From the NCBI GenBank assembly GCA_002633005.1, contig NMRA01000212.1, positions 113,312 through 177,311 on the forward strand: a DNA stretch of 64,000 nucleotides, given 5' to 3'. This document shows positions 45,901 to 58,858 of the stretch, one piece after another. How positions within the stretch are numbered: the first letter of the stretch is position 1; the number at the start of each line of letters is the position of its first letter. The notes under the pieces are model-generated. The model worked only from the letters and a program-made list of their open reading frames with translations, did no database searches and was not told where the DNA came from. The stretch comes from Phoronis australis (taxonomy: Eukaryota; Animalia; Phoronida). A program made the position numbers and the translations under genes.

Positions 45901-48900
45901 AGCAAATGATTCTTCGTTGATTTTAATAAAAAATTGATAAATTCCATTTCATCTTTGTCGAGATTATCATGAAAAGCCAGGGGTAAACCAAATGAAATGT
46001 AACTTCAAATTATTTGAAAATTAAGTGAAGAAATGTTGGCAACTTTTTTTGTAAACTGTTAAAAGTTATCTCTACAGATGAAGCTATTATTTTTTCATTC
46101 GTTTTGTTTGTTTCCGTCCCTCACAGGTATCCACGCACAGCTCCGTGATCATATTCACAATATTTTGCTGACCTCGACTGACTTTGTTGACAACCAATTG
46201 TTCGATACGTGTAAACGTCATGCTGTTGGACTACTAGAGGAAGCATGGATACGATTTCTTAAAGAAGACATGAAGAAATTTCTTGAGTAGGTTACAGTTG
46301 TAAAAACCAAAGTAGTATCTATAAATTACAGTGCTCTTTCAATTGTCTTACGTACTCAACTAGTTAATAATACAGAGATAGTGTGAAGTATGGCATGTGG
46401 CTTATTTGTGTTTTTCAGTTTTGTGAAGAGATGAAATAGTAAAGAAAAGTTGAAATCATTAGATTTTGTCTGTTTCAAATGTTTTGATTTTTTTCTTGTC
46501 TGAGTTAATATGGTGAGGATCAATATTGTTTCATGATAATTACTAATTAGAACTAACATATTACACTGTACCTCACCCAAAGTTTGTGTTAATAGCGTTA
46601 GGCATTCACTCGCTCAGTTATCAAAATTGTGCTTTCTTTTTCCTTCTAGTTGCCACGTTTGGAGAGATGAAGAGGAAGAGCCTCCTAGCACTGCTGATGA
46701 TATTGAAGTAATTGTTTTGAAAGAACGAGTGATAGTCAGACGACCGTGGGTTAGAAGGTAAGCAGCAGACTAATTCAAGTGGGGTACTGGGGGCCATAAA
46801 TTTGTTCTTATAATTCAAACTCCAACTGCGGCTTATCTTTGGTATTTTTTGTTCTCTTTAAGTATGATCTCAAGGTTTGTTTATATATTCCTACTCCAGG
46901 ACCTTATGGTTCATACAGAAGGGTGTGTAATCTAAGTTTGCATGTGGCTACCCTAGCATTAAAACAACAAGTTTGAATTCAAATTCTCAAGTTTGAACTG
47001 GAGTCTGTAGCTAACAGGAAGTAATTTAGATCTTGCACTCATCGAGTATATGAACCATAACATACTCTACCACAAAAATAAACTAAGACACTTATCTTGA
47101 GTTTGCACTAAAGTAAAACAAAAAGTTGGAGTTTCTGTTTGAAGATTGTAGTTCGGGCCCAGTGCTTAATCAGTACATGCCAAAAGTATTCAGAAAACAT
47201 ACTGGGCATTCCCTGTCATGACGGCTGGGTGGATGTTGAATTCATTGTCAGGTTAACCTTCCCTTACAACCAAGAATGAGGCCATATAAACTGAAAAGTT
47301 AGCTCTTGAGGGGGCAACAGTATTGTGTCTGGTTACTTTTGTCATGCACTGTAGGCACTTTCTTTATTCCGATCAAGTTCAAGTTTTGACGTGTTGTGGT
47401 TAACAAGATTAGAATATATGCTAGTGTGTAATGACTAGACATTTTTGGAAGAGTTACCTCAGGGCTGAAGACCATTAAATCTCATTCAGCCCTTCTGCTG
47501 CATGATGTGTTGTTTTATCTAGTCAGCTTGAAGGTGTAAACTTCAAACTACAATATTGATAATTTTGTATTTGATAATTTTGTGTTATATGAAAGTGATA
47601 CGTTTTGTCATTTATTATTTCTGATCTGTAGTTTTCTTTTCTTTACTTTTGCAAATCATCAGGGACAAAAGGTAGGATTCTTCATGTACTCTTACACGAA
47701 AAAGCTGCAGGCAACATTTCTTCACCTTTTATTCACCAATAAAAATGTTTCATTTTTCCTTTAACATTCCCGTCACCATTCAGTTGTTCCTTTTGTTGTG
47801 ATGATCCACTGGTTTGTTGGGCATTCACTGTTGTGTCACCCTGTATTTTATGCAATCACAATGTATCTCCTTCCAACTTTTTTGCCTCACCATTACTTTC
47901 TACTTTTGATTTTTGACAATCAATTTCACTGACTAGCTGACAATTGTTTTACTCATGTCATTTTTCTTATTTTTGATAGATGTTTAACTTTTACTTATGT
48001 ACTGTAAATAACTCTCCAATAGATTGTTGTTTATTTTGTGGGCAAACTTTGAAAAATTAAAATCATAGACTGTACTTGAAGACTTGTTGTAATCTCTTTT
48101 TTTGGATTTAGCTCCTGAAACCCATTTAACCGAGACTTTTATTAAAGAACCTTGCATCCTATTCTAATTTGCAAACCTACATCAAATCAAGTGCCTTAAC
48201 GAAAAACTATTATTTGCTTACCATGTATCGTATATACCTATAACATAACTAAAGTTTCTCTAAATTGCTCAACAATCATATGTGTTTCTGTTTTGAAATC
48301 ATGGGTGGTGGTTGAAGACTTGTCTTCCTGTTTTACCTCTTAGAACCCGACGTTTAAGTTGCAAAACTGCATAAAACCAAACTAGTATGGAAAAGCATAT
48401 ACGTAGCTATTTAAGTCCAACGTAATGCGTTTTCTTGTCAAAAAATATTTTTGCACAAGTGTTTCACAGATTAGCCCATGCACCCAAGCTTCACTGTTCA
48501 GCACAGGCGAGTGTCCCATATCCATGCACATCTCTTCATTTGAATGTTTCTTGTTTTTTTGTCTATTCTTATTATTCAATTCAGTTAATCTAGAATTCGG
48601 AGTATGTGGACAGTATTATACCTCTTTGTAGCAGGGTCTACTTTTACTAACTCATTTTTGAATAAAGACGCAAACACCTGAATTCAGATAACAGTTGGCA
48701 CAGCGTCTTATGTTGGGCAAATGCGCCTAAATGCATGCATTACTAAAGGGGCAGTATGCTCATGCATTCTGTCAAAAAGAGCTTTGGGCTTAGGTCATGT
48801 ACAGTAATGTTGTAAAATTGATCTCGTCTTGTACCTCCTTACTTAGATTGGAGGTGATTTCTAATCTTCAGAAGAGGTCTGACAGTTCTTTATTTGCTTC

Positions 48901-51900
48901 ATACCAGGTGCACTAGGTTGCTTTTTATAGACAGCTAACTAATTTCATTCTAGACAGCAATAGGACTATCAGAAATTACAGACAAATTATTGTACCAGAG
49001 GTGTGATAAAGTTTCAATCCAAACATAAGAGGATGACAACGATGCTCTGGAAGAGCAAGTTCACCAGCTGTGAAGAAAAATTGATGTTTTTATAGCAGAA
49101 TGTAGTTTACAGCGGCTTTAAATACTTGAGTTACATCCAACCGTCACCTGCTCGATACAAAATATTTTCCTGATCTCAGGTATCCTCCATCGACATGCTC
49201 AGAGAGGGCTCGACGTCTCAAAACAGCACTGACTATGGCAGAAAGCATAGATGAATCAAAATTAGCAGAACAGAGAAAGCGAAGGCAAGAACGAAGAAAG
49301 GCTATTGAGAAAGAGCGAAAGAAGGCTGTCCGTAATGCTTACCGGAGGCAGAAAGAAGCTAAAATGTCAAAATCTAAACCAAAAGATGTAAGTACTTGGT
49401 ATATGCTTGGGAACCTTGAAATAAATTGGATTATTTTCAAATAACAGCTATTAACAAGCTAGTTGCTTCTCAGTTATTACAGGTTCATTCAGGCACATTG
49501 CAACTTTGCTGTTTTGGAGAGCAAGTAGATTAGCCCAAATTTTGTCTCATTTTGTCATATAATGTTTCGCTAATTTTTTTCTCACCTGAAAGACCTGTGC
49601 ATAGATTGTTGCGCACTGACAGTCATTCCAAATTAAAACCTGTAACAATTCGTTTTGCAGCTTCAGCCAAAACTCGATTCTGATGATAAGGCCGGAGATC
49701 AGGAAGATGGAGGGGGTGAGGTGGAAGGAGGCGAGTTGAATGAAACTAGCCCAAGGTCAGCCAGGAGTAAACCGGATACAGAGATAGTGGAGGAAGATAA
49801 ACCGGTCACTTTCCCATCACAGAAGGACAATAAGCCGTAAGTCATTTTTGTAGGTTTCATTTCTAGCCCGTTTGGCACTCAATGGTGTAAGATATTGGTT
49901 GAACTTCAGCTATATTTCTTGTCTTAAGTTAGCCGCTCTGAATTCGTTTTCGTTTTAAATATTTCAAGGTAACCAGTCTTGCTCACAAATCATACGGTTG
50001 TTCTCTCTAACTGCATTCTTTTCTTGCCTGAGTTGTTCATTTCTTACGTCCAGTAATTCTTCAATAATTTAGCAAACGATATGGCCGACAACTAAAATTC
50101 TGTTTCGTTAATTTTTTTCCGCAACAGTAAAGATTGAGGACTTTTTAGTTTATTACAAGCATTGCGGAGATGTCATAAGACAACATTAATGTTTGCTTAT
50201 TTTCGCATCATTTGCAAAACAGTGATCAGCCATCGGAAATTGGGTAAACGACCATTCTGGTAATAATTTTTGTGCATAGTAAGTGGAGACTTACCGAAGT
50301 TCCTGTTGTTTTCTTAAGAACACGTTCAGAAAGTTGTTCTTTTTACACATACAGTTACTCATGAGATATGATCGTCAAAAAAATTGGAGAAATCAAATTC
50401 GTGAACTCTGGTGCTTGAGAAAAGAAATCTAATAAAGAGTGTGAGAAAACAGTAATCGTGCTCTTAATAAATAAGCATTTAGGATATTTGTGTGGTTGTG
50501 GATTAATTTGAAACCTTTATTGACTTGAAAATCTTCTTTGCTGCAGCTTACTTTGCAATGTGATGTTCTCGTTTCAGAATGATCACCTTGTTCAAAAAGT
50601 ACCTTCACGATCACGACTCTAAAGACAGCTTACATGTCGTAAACATGTATTTTGATATTGACCAGTATAGTCATACTACACAGAAACAGAAGAAAGACAT
50701 TCAAGCAACCTTTATTCAGAAGTGAGTACAGAGTTCTTCAATAATTATTTAATAATTTATTTAGTCTGAAGCGACTGGTGACCACTTTTCAAAAAATGTC
50801 AGCCAAATGATTTATTTGTCAGTTGCAACTTCACATTTCACATTTGCTGAATGCTGACGGTTGCAATAAAACATGAACTGCAACATAACGTAATTGATAT
50901 ATACGGTTATTAAAATGTAATTATGCAATGTACTTAGTTGATAAGTAGTTTCAGGTCGGATGCAAACAATAGTCTCTTGTATATTGCTCATAATCCTTTA
51001 GTTCTTTTTGAAATTTTAGTTCTATAGTTCACAAATACTGACTTTGCTATGTTCTCCAAAATGGGTTATTCTTAGCTTTTGGCAACAAAGATCGTGTATT
51101 AACTGAGCACATATTATGTAATGGTTGAAATTTCATTGCAGGACTTACTTTGACCCCAACTCTAAAAAAGCTGTGAAACTGAGCGACCGGCTGTACACAA
51201 AGCTGAGCTCAGAGAAAGACAGACCGCGCTCCGCAACTATGCACGATGCGCAAAAGTATGTGACTTCCCAACTGAATGAATTATTTCGCGAATTTTGGAA
51301 AGTTCAGGCTGAGGAGTTTGGTGTTGATGAGAAGACATTAGGTCAGATGTCGCAAGCTGAGCTAGCAATGAGAGGTGAAAGTGATGCCAGTCTTATGAAA
51401 GGCTTTGCGGGGAAGCTTGGTAAAAGTGGTGCTAAAGGAAACTTAAAAAAGGTAATATGCTTTATTCAGTGTCGCTGTTTAAGCTTGGTCTGATGTGTTG
51501 TACATTACGGTGTAGATTTCAAACGATTTCTAACGTTTCAGTAATTATGCTATTTCTATCGCTCTATGTTTCTTTGTTGACTGATAACATCGACTAAATA
51601 AAGTGTGTGTATTGATATTGAACATTTTTACAATTGTTTTTGTTGAGGATTTATAACTGGTTTGCTTCGGAGAATAGTTTAGCTGATGAGATTGTATTTG
51701 TGAGGGACGTGTAAACTTTAAGGAAGTTAATATGTGTTAACTTTTATCTCATCTGCCTTGTTAGCGCTTTACTTGACTTTGGTGAGTTTACTACAAGATT
51801 CGCTCACTTTTTTAAAGCTATATTGTGTTGGATACTGCCTGTTCTTTTCGTTAAACACGACCCACTGAAGTTGAACACATATCACATTGAAGTTAAACAC

Positions 51901-54900
51901 AGATCACCTTGAAATCTCATGTCACTCTTTCTACTCTATCCGCTGGGTGCACTTTAGTAGCAACAATATTTTTATAAACTTTTAGAATTATCCAGTATGA
52001 TAAGGTGTTGTATTTCTTTCTGTATGCTGAATCAAAATTTTCTGTAATTCACTAGACTTTCTGTCTCAAATAGGTTATTGTTGAATTTCCATTTTTAAAC
52101 TTGCCTTTCAAATCACTATATTGCTACAAATGCTCGAAATTTTGTCGCTTTCTATTTATTGATGATTAAATTGTACGCACAAGTTATTAACTTTTAATTT
52201 TGATATCAGTGTCTGTTATTTTTGTTGAGAAACATTTCTGCAATATTCTGTTTTAGAGGGATAATTACAGTGTAGTGTTGAAGCTTAGAGGAATGATTAC
52301 AGTGTAGTGTTGAAGCTAAAGTAACACATTTAATGCCATTTTCTAGCCTGGGTTCAAAGTCCCTTCCCTTTGCAAGTTTTGCATAAATGGCATTTTTAAA
52401 TAGTCAATTTAAGTTTAAAAATGTTTCCATTCTTCTTGTAGAAGAGTTCTTGAATGTGGTGTCTTTTACCAACCTAACATACAGCTGTCTCTAATTAACT
52501 TTAATCTTAACAACAACTTGTATTTGTAACTAATCGCTCTAACCTTGTGTTGTCTATTTCCTTAAGGGTGACCAACTAACTCCTATAGTAGCTCCTCCTA
52601 GTGTCCATTTTTCACCAACTGTCATAACAAAACCTCCAGTGCTGCACACAGTTACTCACAAACCTCGAAAAAAGGTAATCATTTGCACTGTTAATGGGGA
52701 GATCGAAATTCACTAAATTGCACTAGTGAAATGATGGTCCTACAGTGTACAGAAGAAACATGCAGACGGAACTCGGAGGGTTGGTTACGCTTTCACGTGG
52801 CCATTGTGATGGAAAGTCCTGCTTGTCCTACAAACCCTCATACTAGTGAACATTTTTTTGTTCTCAGTGTATTCAGATGACAAAAGGAGGACCTTTTTCA
52901 TTAGTGCCATCTTGTGGATATCGAGGCTCCCGTTAATCTGTGAATACTGCCTCTCACCTTGTGTGATGCGTCCTCTGGGCTATTTCTAACTGAAAAGATT
53001 CGAATCTGTTTCTTCTTAATTGCAAGTAACAACCTTTGTTTCCAAGTGTTTTAATGTTGACTGATAGCTAGTCTGCTCTTGGACTGTAGCAACCTCTGTA
53101 ACCAGTTTTTTTAACCTTGATAGACATATTGTCTGTTCTTTCTAAGACAAGCGTTAACCTTCATCTGTAGCTTAGCCTATACACATCTGTATAGCTCACT
53201 ATTCGATTAGCACTTCTCGCTATCCATCAATGCCTTAACCACATTTCTTTATCAAAAATTTAACTTATTTCATTCAATTCATTGCTGTTAACTCTCGGTG
53301 TGCCAATGGATATTGCTTAGTTTTGTGGTACTGGTTTTCTGAAGTGCAATGTGATGCTTGCATCATTCACAATGACAAAGAAAGGAAACCACAAATTCGA
53401 TTTTAATTCATAAAAAACATTTTTTTTCACCCTGCAGTAACATGATTGTCAACCATTGTGAAATTTTTTCGTGTTTTTTGAATTAGTATGATTGTAACTG
53501 ATTTTGTACATTTTCGCAGTCGAGAAAAGTATATTAATCCTCGATGACTGAGAAATCTTAATTCATGCCTAGATTGTCACTCTGTTGTGTGACTCCCATT
53601 TTTTGTAAAAAATTCATTTTTGCTTTGAACATAAATTTCTGAAAAAAATGAACTCCAGGCAACTTAGCATTTGAACTGCATGTTTTTACTGTCAATACAC
53701 GAGGAACCATACTTCAGGTTTCTGATTAATTTTACTCTCATTCCTCAAATATTAAATATTTTGCTTTGAAGTCCTTTTTAAAAACAGCATCCAGTCTTCA
53801 TATTTGCAAAGGACATAAAAAATCTGAGAGCTCGTTCCCTTAGCCATGGACTACGACATAAGTGCAAAATTACATGCTAATCAATCCTTGTGCACAATTA
53901 AATTGATATTAGCTGCTAAATGTGTTGACAATCAAAAGGCCTGAAAATGCCCCATAAAGATTTGTCTAATGATTGAAATCAAGGGAAGTCCTTTTAAACA
54001 ACTCCGCATATATTTGGTGCATAAATAATGCATTTATGAATTCAAATAAAATGTTATAGGTAGCACTGTAAAATAAAGAATGAGATATAATTTTATGTAA
54101 CAGTTCCACTGAGGTTGATAATATACCTTAAGTGTTGTTTAAGTGTGGTCAGCGCTATTATGCAAATGGTTTTGATGACAGTTTCATGTGTCGGTATGCC
54201 AACCTGTTAATATTTCAAAAATAGCTGTCCTTGACTCAATACTTTGCACATTATCAGACAACGGGTCGTGCTCAACCGGCTAAGGAAGACAAACAGACAT
54301 TCTTGACTTCACTCGGAGAGGCATCAGCGGGTAAACCACCCCTTCAGATGTTGTACTTCTACAAGTATCTGGTCAAGCATGGTGAAGAAGATGGCTTACC
54401 TAATATTGACAAGGACTTGTTCTTTTACATTGAAGTGCAGAAATTTAAGGTAGGTTATAATTTTAGATGACACGTGTTGAGAATTCAGTGAAATTGCTTG
54501 AATTACCTGTGTGAGTTTCAACAAAAGTTCAACTTAACCTGTGCATAGGTTATGTCTGCGCTTATTTGCCCTTTCACGTAGTATACTACTTGCTTTGTAA
54601 GCAGACGTTTGTTAATAAGAATTTGATTTGTCTATTATCCCAAACCTCGAATGGTCTGAGAGTGATTTAAACATTTAAATCTTTCAAATTCTTATTTAAC
54701 TGAACTTTCTTGCAGACATTGAGCCATGCATTTGCCAATGAAGAGTTGATCCGTTGTAAGTGTCAGGCCATCTTGGACTGTTTTCTTGACTGTGCATCAC
54801 TCCCATCTTGCCAGGTAACTAGTGACATCTATTGGTTTCCTAAACTTTGATAGAAAGGCCATGTGTACTTTTGGAAGATTTGATGGCAATTTATTAATCC

Positions 54901-57900
54901 TAATATACATTCTCTAAGACTATGTTAGAGGTTATAAATCCCATTAATGTTTCTTGGATAACTGACCTTGATTTCTTGGTTCAGTTTAATAAGTAAGCAG
55001 TTATAGTTCATGAGAAAACACAGCATAATGCTGGAGGTAATGGTGAGAAGAGCCTGACCAGTGAAGATTGTTACCTTCTGGGCCACCGTTAATGAAGAAT
55101 TAAGAAGTTTGACATCTTCAAAAGTTACAAAAATTAGTATTTTTAAGACCTTCTGATTATGCATTACTATGAACCGGTTCCACTGAAAATTTAAACTTTT
55201 CTATTTTGGTCCAAAGTCACGATTTTATAAGCAGATTTTGATAAATAATGAAAAAAGCAACATCATTACTATGAAATTGTCATAACATACACTGCAATAG
55301 TCGGATATAACGTTCCACATTTTGAGAACCAGTTTTATGCCTGCTTTTTAGTTGACAAAACTGGTCCTCAAAAGTCAGGCACATTCTATCACCCTGTTGC
55401 CACTATTGAGTGTTAGTTGAATATTTGTGACGTGTGTGTGTTTTCCAGATTGATGTTACTCCTGATATGAGCTTGAAGACAGTCAGAAATGCCCAGCGTG
55501 CTGTTCAGGGTAAAGATCCCTTAACGTCAGGCCTCTTTGATGAGCCTCAATATATGGTGTTCAAGGAACTCCTACCTTATTGGGCTGGATTTATTCGGGG
55601 ATATACGCAGCCTGAAGATATGGAAAAACTGCCTGGTAATTTTTTTTGTTTATTCAATACCTACCACTTATTTTTTTAGGGAGTTTGTCTACTATCCAAT
55701 TTCTGTTTTTCGTTCCGGGGTTTTGATGGAGCTATTCAGTGCATCTTCATCCAAGTTAATACTTTCTTGTTTCTACAAATTTAAAGATTATTGAGTCATG
55801 ATATGAGAATTTTGCCAACAGTATTTTTAATATACATTTTCATACAGTCAAAGGATCTGTTATGCATTCTGAATCTTTTGTCTGTGCTGCAAAAGCAAAT
55901 TGTCATTGGAAGGTGTTGTTTTTGCACCTCTATGTATGACATGTTGCAAAGAAAAATTCTGATTGGTTTTGGATGACAACTTTCAATTTACATACCAAGA
56001 CATCTTAGCCGGTTGAATGGCAAAACCGCGTAAGTGAATCAAGTGCTGCCACTATGTCATATGCTTCGTTAACATTACTTAATTAAGCTTAATCATCTCT
56101 TACTGGTCTTAATACAATTGTAGTGACCAAAACACAACGGTTGTTGCGAAAGCGCTTGGAGGAATTCAACACAATGCCAGCCCCAAACAAGGACTTCCGC
56201 CTTCCTGCACTGACAATACCTGGAGCTAAAGTCGCTGCCTTTACGTTCACAATCACTGACGGCATCTCCATAAGGGTAAGGCTGTATATGTGTTTCGTCA
56301 GCTCGAGTTCACGTCACCTTTTCCTGATATAAGTGCGTGGCTAACATTCTATTTGGGTTGTGCATCATTTCCTGATACAAAAACTGCAGTGCAAAGCTGG
56401 TATGTAATCAAATGGAAATTATTTCATGTCTCAATTGCAAACTCTACATGTATCAGTACCGTGCACTTTTTTAAACACTGGTACCCTTCCCTACAGGTTC
56501 TGTTGTGTGGACAACCATTCTACTATAAATTTTAGAGTAATCAGATAAAATCCCATTTCCCCCATCATGGCAGCTAATTCTATTAACAGCTGCAAGAGTT
56601 ACTGGTTATAGTTACCGTGAAAACTAAGTTCTTGGCTTGACCTAACTAACTTTCCTGTTAATTCCCCTTCATTCTCGTTCATCAGAGGAGATAACTCTGA
56701 TGATGAATTCGGCTTTTGTCGAGCCACCATAACAGGGAATTCCAAGCTATTTTATCTGAATACGTTTGACATGTACTGTGTGTTAACCAAGAAATACATA
56801 ATAAGGTTAGCCAGCTTCCTTACAAACTACGCAGACATTTACACAGCAGTGTTCAATTCCCGCGACCAAAATTCTACTCTTGTGTATTCTCACACACAGC
56901 AGTTCCATGCAATCAACTCTCTGACAGTTGGTATGATGCTGTAATTGAGCAGAAATCTGGTTCGTGGGAAAGAAAATGTGGTTTGTGGGAACAGAAAGGT
57001 GGTTGTAAAGAAGAACCGCATAACGTGAGAAAGGTGATGAGAAGTCAATTGTACTCACTGAGAGGAATGCTGCTTGAGGGAACTTCACTGCATAATTGGG
57101 AGACTGGCTACCCTGACATTTTTTGCCACAAAGTACCTGTCTTTTTGACAAAACATAATTTTTGTTTGTTTGTTTGTTTTTTTGTTGTGCAATATGTTTT
57201 GGCTTTTGTTGATTTAATAATGAGTGGGAAATGCGTGACACTAACAGTGTGTGCTAACCGTTTCTGTTTAGGAACCCGCTAAAGAGACAAACTCGGAGGT
57301 AAGACTGGCCAATCAAAAGCATGTTCTGTCCAAATTGTTGCAGTATCGCATGCCACTGCAGACATTTTGTGATCTCTATCCCCGTTTCCCTTAGCAACCT
57401 TTTAGCATTGAGTATTAGGTCTTGTCCTTAAATTTATTCCATCAAAACCTTGTCTGTCCAAGCAAATGCAGTGTTGCATGTCACTGCAAAAATTAAATTT
57501 TAGTTATTTGCAATCTCTGTCCCCGCTTCCTTCAGGGACATAGTTTTGACCTCCAGCTTTCATACTTCAGCCTTGAGCTTTGAGGCTTACCATTCAGTCT
57601 TTTCCGCAGAAGCATGTTCTGTCCCAGTTGTTGTCGCATTGTATTCTGTTGCATGCTTTGAATTTGTACTATTCTCATTTCCCTCAGGTACACATTGTTT
57701 CTTTATGACTTTATAGTGTTCAAGTTTTTAACTTTCGTAATTATCTTGTAGTAAAAGACATAATTCTGAAATTCGGATTTTCATCAAAATTTGGACGTGA
57801 CTGTTCATTTTTTATTTTTCAGATAAAATCTGAAAATTTGTTTCAGATTATTAAGGATAGTAACTGTTACTGTGTTCAAGAAGTGGTTGTTTGAATGAGT

Positions 57901-58858
57901 TCAATAAGTTGTCTGGAAAAAAATTCTTTATTAAAGTGACAGTCAAACTGATCTCCATAAAAATTATCTGCTGTTCATTCCCAAGTACAGGATTTTGTTT
58001 GTATATCCATACAGATTTTTTAACTGAAATTACATTTAAATGAATTCCTTTGTTGGCCTAAATACAAGATGAAACTTGTGTAAAAACAGCATATGCCTTA
58101 CTTCTTTCTTTGTATGTCTTCATTGCCCAAGCCTTGCGCTTATGCTTTTATTACCAATTCCTACGTCACTGTATTATTTCTTAGACCCTCACTGAAGTTC
58201 CTTTTCTTTTCTTGATGAAAGCGGGTCTCGTTTTCATCGAACTTGGTCATAATCTTTACTGGAAACAAAATTTGGAGGTCATTGTCCTAACAGGTCAACT
58301 GGATATCTTAAGTTTGGATTTACTTGCCACAAATTTTTAATTTATTTGGCAAATGTAAAGCACTGTGTTTAGAAGGATGCAAACTGTTCATTGTTATCTG
58401 ATGACATGCAAGGAACTTTACTTTTACGCCAAAAGCTAACACCCAACAACTCCTGTGTAAATATTAACCATTCACTATAATACTACATTATATGTTGTAC
58501 AAATTGGACCTATTTTGTCCTTGTAGAATTGTTGTATCTTTGTATAATGGGCCTGTTGCATCCTTGTGCAATGGACCTGTTGTATCCCTGTACAATGTGC
58601 CCGGTGTGTTTAGTACATTAAGCTTGATTTGAAACACTTACTAATAGATTTTTGCTAAAAACTTCAATTTATTTTTAATTTGCCATTTATTGTGTTTAAA
58701 CATGTATTTTATTGTTGCTTGTATAGGAGAGTCTGGAAGAGCCTTCATCAGACACACCTGTGGCTACTGACACCCCAGAAAGTATGCGCCGAACTAGCAT
58801 ATTGGGAGGACGGCGTGGACGCACGACTACTTTGGCGGAGATAAAGGAAGCAGCATAG
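30986..58858 (+). CDS. Regulator of G-protein signalling 22-like (RGS22/RGSL1 family) multi-RGS-domain protein, ~1259 aa from 22 core exons
   Basis: Phase-compatible exons: 30986-30992 (caccATG AAA G|GTAGGT), 35518-35791, 36579-36856, 38938-39013, 40069-40296, 40829-41057, 42350-42498, 42957-43142, 43670-43827, 44403-44571, 45248-45405, 46127-46286, 46650-46757, 49180-49387, 49661-49836, 50578-50721, 51142-51451, 54258-54449, 54716-54814, 55449-55635, 56124-56275, 58727-58858 (TAG); total 3780 nt. N-terminus ITEENLEDLL..DDLFMEYFNAFMALPAF...W.KTERLP.FL resembles RGS22. RGS-like helices: FKKFLKGTNGESLVNFWLDCESFK, LLFWQDV, LFFYIEVQKFK, QIDV...LFDEPQ..VFKELLPYW. Confidence 0.85.
31229..31304. mobile_element. 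Left end of a TIR DNA transposon inserted in intron 1 of the RGS22-like gene (haplotype 1)
   Basis: TAGGGAGGACAGCATT follows CATAGTG and runs into the single N at 31305. It is absent at the homologous site 32950-32956. Confidence 0.8.
31306..34997 (+). other. Duplicate copy of RGS22-like promoter and exons 1-3 (probable alternative haplotype assembled in tandem)
   Basis: 31379-32956 aligns to 29282-31228 and 32950-34997 aligns to 35075-37110. The block is bounded by single Ns (31305, 34998) and contains exon copies 32715-32721, 33400-33673 and 34466-34743. Confidence 0.9.
34999..35074. mobile_element. Right end of the same TIR DNA transposon
   Basis: Ends AATGCTGTCCTCGCTA (reverse complement TAGCGAGGACAGCATT, 15/16 match to the left TIR), followed by CATAGTG. 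Confidence 0.8.
39269..39372. repeat. Two-copy tandem repeat (~50 bp)
   Basis: ACCTGAGT..A.TATA.TTACTG.ACATG.T.CAGACCAGAAATG..ATAACCT occurs twice. Confidence 0.8.
40606..40738. mobile_element. Palindromic MITE family copy
   Basis: GTCGGATATAACATGCCCGTATTTTGAGAACCA pairs with TGGTTCTCAAAATTCAGGCATGCTATATCAGAC. Homologous to 55290-55405. Confidence 0.75.
47663..47671 (+). CDS. Candidate 9-nt microexon of the RGS22-like gene
   Basis: Polypyrimidine tract, TGC, then CAG|GGACAAAAG|GTAGGA. Phase 2/2 matches the flanking exons. Confidence 0.5.
52254..52317. repeat. Two-copy tandem repeat (~31 bp)
   Basis: TTAGAGG.AT.ATTACAGTGTAGTGTTGAAGC occurs twice. Confidence 0.85.
52567..52674 (+). CDS. Candidate 108-nt cassette exon (Pro/Thr-rich) of the RGS22-like gene
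   Basis: CTAAC branch points and TTTCCTTAAG acceptor; open frame GDQLTPIVAPPSVHFSPTVITKPPVLHTVTHKPRKK; AAG|GTAATC donor; phase 0/0 as required. Confidence 0.6.
55290..55405. mobile_element. Palindromic MITE family copy (more decayed)
   Basis: TGCAATAGTCGGATATAAC...ATTTTGAGAACCAGTTT.ATGCCTG...TTTAGT.GA.AAAA.TGGT.CTCAAAA.TCAGGCA is shared with 40606-40738. Confidence 0.75.
57272..57298 (+). CDS. Candidate 27-nt microexon (EPAKETNSE) of the RGS22-like gene
   Basis: Two CTAAC branch points, TTTCTGTTTAG acceptor, GAG|GTAAGA donor, phase 0/0, no stop. Confidence 0.6.
58499..58605. repeat. Degenerate ~22-bp tandem repeat
   Basis: Units resembling AATGGACCTGTTGTATCCTTGT, 4-5 copies. Confidence 0.7.

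Noticed and set aside
56698-56760. Box C/D snoRNA-like TGATGA...CTGA
   Set aside because: No terminal stem and no recognisable rRNA antisense element.
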